This document shows, piece after piece, positions 61,770 to 64,000 of a stretch of 64,000 nt of DNA. The stretch lies in IMG/VR virus record IMGVR_UViG_3300027816_000051, positions 1 to 64,000 of that record, one strand, 5' to 3'. Made by a program: the position numbers and the translations under genes. Position 1 is the first letter of the stretch. Each line of letters opens with the position of its first letter. Below the pieces are notes generated by a model, which did not search any database, had not been told where the DNA came from, and worked only from the letters and a program-made list of their open reading frames with translations.

Positions 61770-64000
61770 ATGGGATTACCAAAAAGAAAAAAAGATATTA
61801 AAGTATACGGTGTAAACCAAAACGCGGATGGTCCTGCAATTACCGGTAGAAGAAAAGAATTATTAGAAGAAATAATTAAATCTGATACTTTTCTTCCTGA
61901 TTCGATATTGCACGACGACCTTGATTTGGGTATGTTAGAATTTGTAAAAGAAAATTTTAAAGTAATATCTGACGGGGACCAAATACCAATGATTCCAAAA
62001 ATTCTCACAATTCAAAGATGGGGTGAGTATACCAACAATTGGTCTTTTAGTGATGAAGATGGAAATATTAAGTTACCATTTATTGCTGTTGTAAGAAAAC
62101 CTGAAGTTCAGTTAGGTACAAACCCATCTATTCAAAGAACTATTCCTGATAGAAGAGACTTTTTTTATGCATCGGTTCCGACTTGGGATGGAAATCAAAT
62201 GGGTGCGGACATATACAAAATACCTCAACCAATTGCGGTTGATATTAGTTTTGATGTAACTATTGTTTGTACAAAATTTAGAGATATAAATAAGTTCAAT
62301 CAAAAGGTTTTACAAAAGTTTTCATCTCGTCAAGCATACACTCGAGTAAAAGGTCATTATATCCCAATTGTATTAGATAGAATCGAAGATAATACTCCGA
62401 TGGATACTTTAGATGGTAGAAGATTCTACATTCAAAATTACGGGTTTACAATGTTAGGATTCTTAATTGATGATGAAGAATTTGAAGTTTCTCCTGCAAT
62501 TAACAGAAGTATTACCATGGTGGAACCCGATTTAAGGTCAATTCCATCTATAAAAAAAATTGAAAACTCAATAACAATATCATCAAATTATAGTAGTGGT
62601 TCAATCGTTGCGGACTACACCGCAACCGCAACAAATAAGGTAGATAAGACGGTTGAAATTTCATTTACTGACACTTTATTAACTGTGACTGGTAGTTCAA
62701 TATCAATTCCTGTTAAAATTTTTATTGAACCAAATCAATTAAGTGGTACTACACAATATACTGTCGATGGTACGTTTAGTAATTTAACTTTGGTTAATAA
62801 TTTTAGTTCGGTAGATATTAATACGTCGTCTAAAACAAAATTTAGATATGATTTTACAACACAATCAACTTTTACAATACCAATAACACCGACCCCAACA
62901 CCTTCAATAACACCATCTTCATCTGTAACACCATCAATAACCCCAACATCAACACCTACGGTTACCCCTACTTTAACCTCAACCTCTATTATCACCCCAA
63001 CCATAACTGTAACACCTTCAGTTACCCCCTCAGTAACACCGTCAATTACTCCGTCACTTACATCATCGGTTACACCAACCCCTACTTTAACCTCAACACC
63101 CACAGTTACCCCTTCGGTAACAATTGAGTCTTCACCGACACCATCACCAACTCAATCAGTAACACCATCCATTACTCCCAATAGTTCTGTCACACCATCG
63201 GCCACCCCAACACCATCATTGATGGTGGATGATAAACTATTAATTTCTGGTGGATTCTCATTATACAATGGCACATTATATAATGACATAATTAAATTAA
63301 ACTCAAATGGTTCAGTTGATAGTTCATTTAGCGGTGGAACCGGATTTGATAATTTCTTAGAAAATCACATAATATATAATAACAAAATTTACGGTGCGGG
63401 TTATTTTACAACATACAGTGGTGTATCGTCCAATTATATAATTAGATTAAACTTAGACGGTTCAATCGATAATACATTCAGTATCGGAACGGGATTCAAT
63501 AGTATCACAAAATTTGTTGTACCCCAATCTGATGGAAAACTATTAATCGGTGGATATTTTACATCATATAATGGCACGTCGGCGAATAAAATTATTAGGT
63601 TAAATTCTGACGGAACAATTGATAATACATTTAGTGGTTCAACGTCTACTACTTATGATGCAAACTCAACTGTTCAAGATGTTTCTTTACAATCAGATGG
63701 TAAAATGATTCTTTGTGGTAGTATGACCACAAGAAGAATTGAGAGACTTAATTCCGATAAGAGTCACGATTCTAGTTTTACAACTACAGTCGGTACGGGA
63801 TTTAATGCCTACACATACATGTCATCGGTACAATCAGATGGTAAGATTGTCGTTGGTGGAGATTTTACATCATATAGTGGAGTGACATCTAATAGAATAA
63901 TTAGATTAAATTCCGGAGGAACTATCGATGATACATTTATTATTGGAACCGGATTTAATAATAGTGTTTATTTTGTCTCGACTCTTTCAAGTGGTAAAAT
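61770..64000 (+). CDS. gp15-like tail terminator fused to T/P/S linker and Delta-60 repeat beta-propeller (partial, runs off window)
   Basis: Open frame read by hand from ATG 61770; [25 protein letters not shown] gp15-like; QSDGK(L/I)..GG.FTSY.G...[12 protein letters not shown] repeats. Confidence 0.8.
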   Translation, partial: MGLPKRKKDIKVYGVNQNADGPAITGRRKELLEEIIKSDTFLPDSILHDDLDLGMLEFVKENFKVISDGDQIPMIPKILTIQRWGEYTNNWSFSDEDGNIKLPFIAVVRKPEVQLGTNPSIQRTIPDRRDFFYASVPTWDGNQMGADIYKIPQPIAVDISFDVTIVCTKFRDINKFNQKVLQKFSSRQAYTRVKGHYIPIVLDRIEDNTPMDTLDGRRFYIQNYGFTMLGFLIDDEEFEVSPAINRSITMVEPDLRSIPSIKKIENSITISSNYSSGSIVADYTATATNKVDKTVEISFTDTLLTVTGSSISIPVKIFIEPNQLSGTTQYTVDGTFSNLTLVNNFSSVDINTSSKTKFRYDFTTQSTFTIPITPTPTPSITPSSSVTPSITPTSTPTVTPTLTSTSIITPTITVTPSVTPSVTPSITPSLTSSVTPTPTLTSTPTVTPSVTIESSPTPSPTQSVTPSITPNSSVTPSATPTPSLMVDDKLLISGGFSLYNGTLYNDIIKLNSNGSVDSSFSGGTGFDNFLENHIIYNNKIYGAGYFTTYSGVSSNYIIRLNLDGSIDNTFSIGTGFNSITKFVVPQSDGKLLIGGYFTSYNGTSANKIIRLNSDGTIDNTFSGSTSTTYDANSTVQDVSLQSDGKMILCGSMTTRRIERLNSDKSHDSSFTTTVGTGFNAYTYMSSVQSDGKIVVGGDFTSYSGVTSNRIIRLNSGGTIDDTFIIGTGFNNSVYFVSTLSSGK

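Noticed and set aside
52445-63103. Val/Gly/Thr-rich minus-strand ORFs (52445, 62735)
   Set aside because: Antisense shadows of the TPS linkers
1-64000. Stop-codon reassignment / alternative genetic code
   Set aside because: Core genes are full-length in the standard code, TAG and TGA are used as stops, and no CTA/TTA/TCA-anticodon tRNA is seen in the window
1-64000. CRISPR array
   Set aside because: No regularly spaced direct repeats with unique spacers; repeats seen are coding or tRNA-derived

Overview
This is a 64 kb, AT-rich segment of a large T4-like (myovirus-type) phage read in the standard genetic code. The host is very probably Bacteroidota: there are several TTTG-N19/20-TAnnTTTG promoters, a T9SS C-terminal sorting domain and a Bacteroidota-like bS21. 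From left to right: (1) 1-5.8 kb, a minus-strand array of 25 tRNA genes covering 19 amino acids (no Gln in the window). It is interleaved with an HNH gene, small ORFs and about 7 unexplained structured spacers. Two of its promoters are each followed by a short uORF, an anti-terminator strand and a terminator (attenuator-like), and it carries three boxA-like elements. (2) 5.9-14.4 kb, a bacterial-looking envelope/surface cassette: two CsgG-like proteins, a cohesin/dockerin protein with a T9SS signal, a C-type-lectin/Ig/dockerin protein, a low-complexity protein with a predicted beta-barrel end, and membrane proteins. (3) An RNA-repair trio (cyclic-phosphate receiver domain, Rnl1 ligase, polynucleotide kinase), a ClpC-like ATPase lacking its N-domain, and KTSC plus a nucleotidyltransferase. 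(4) The head module (terminase, portal, antisense bS21, prohead protease, scaffold, major capsid). (5) dCMP deaminase, baseplate-like genes, a gp55-like sigma factor, three glycosyltransferases, PhoH, dUTPase, a WYL-domain protein, a 47/48-aa repeat protein, DNA polymerase B, an SNF2 helicase, neck genes and a gp15-like/Delta-60 fusion running off the right end. The best candidates for new biology are the translation-coupled, attenuator-like control of the phage tRNA operons (together with boxA and RNA repair) and the phage-encoded cohesin-dockerin/T9SS/CsgG surface-display cassette. All protein calls come from motif recognition by eye; no database searches or folding programs were run.
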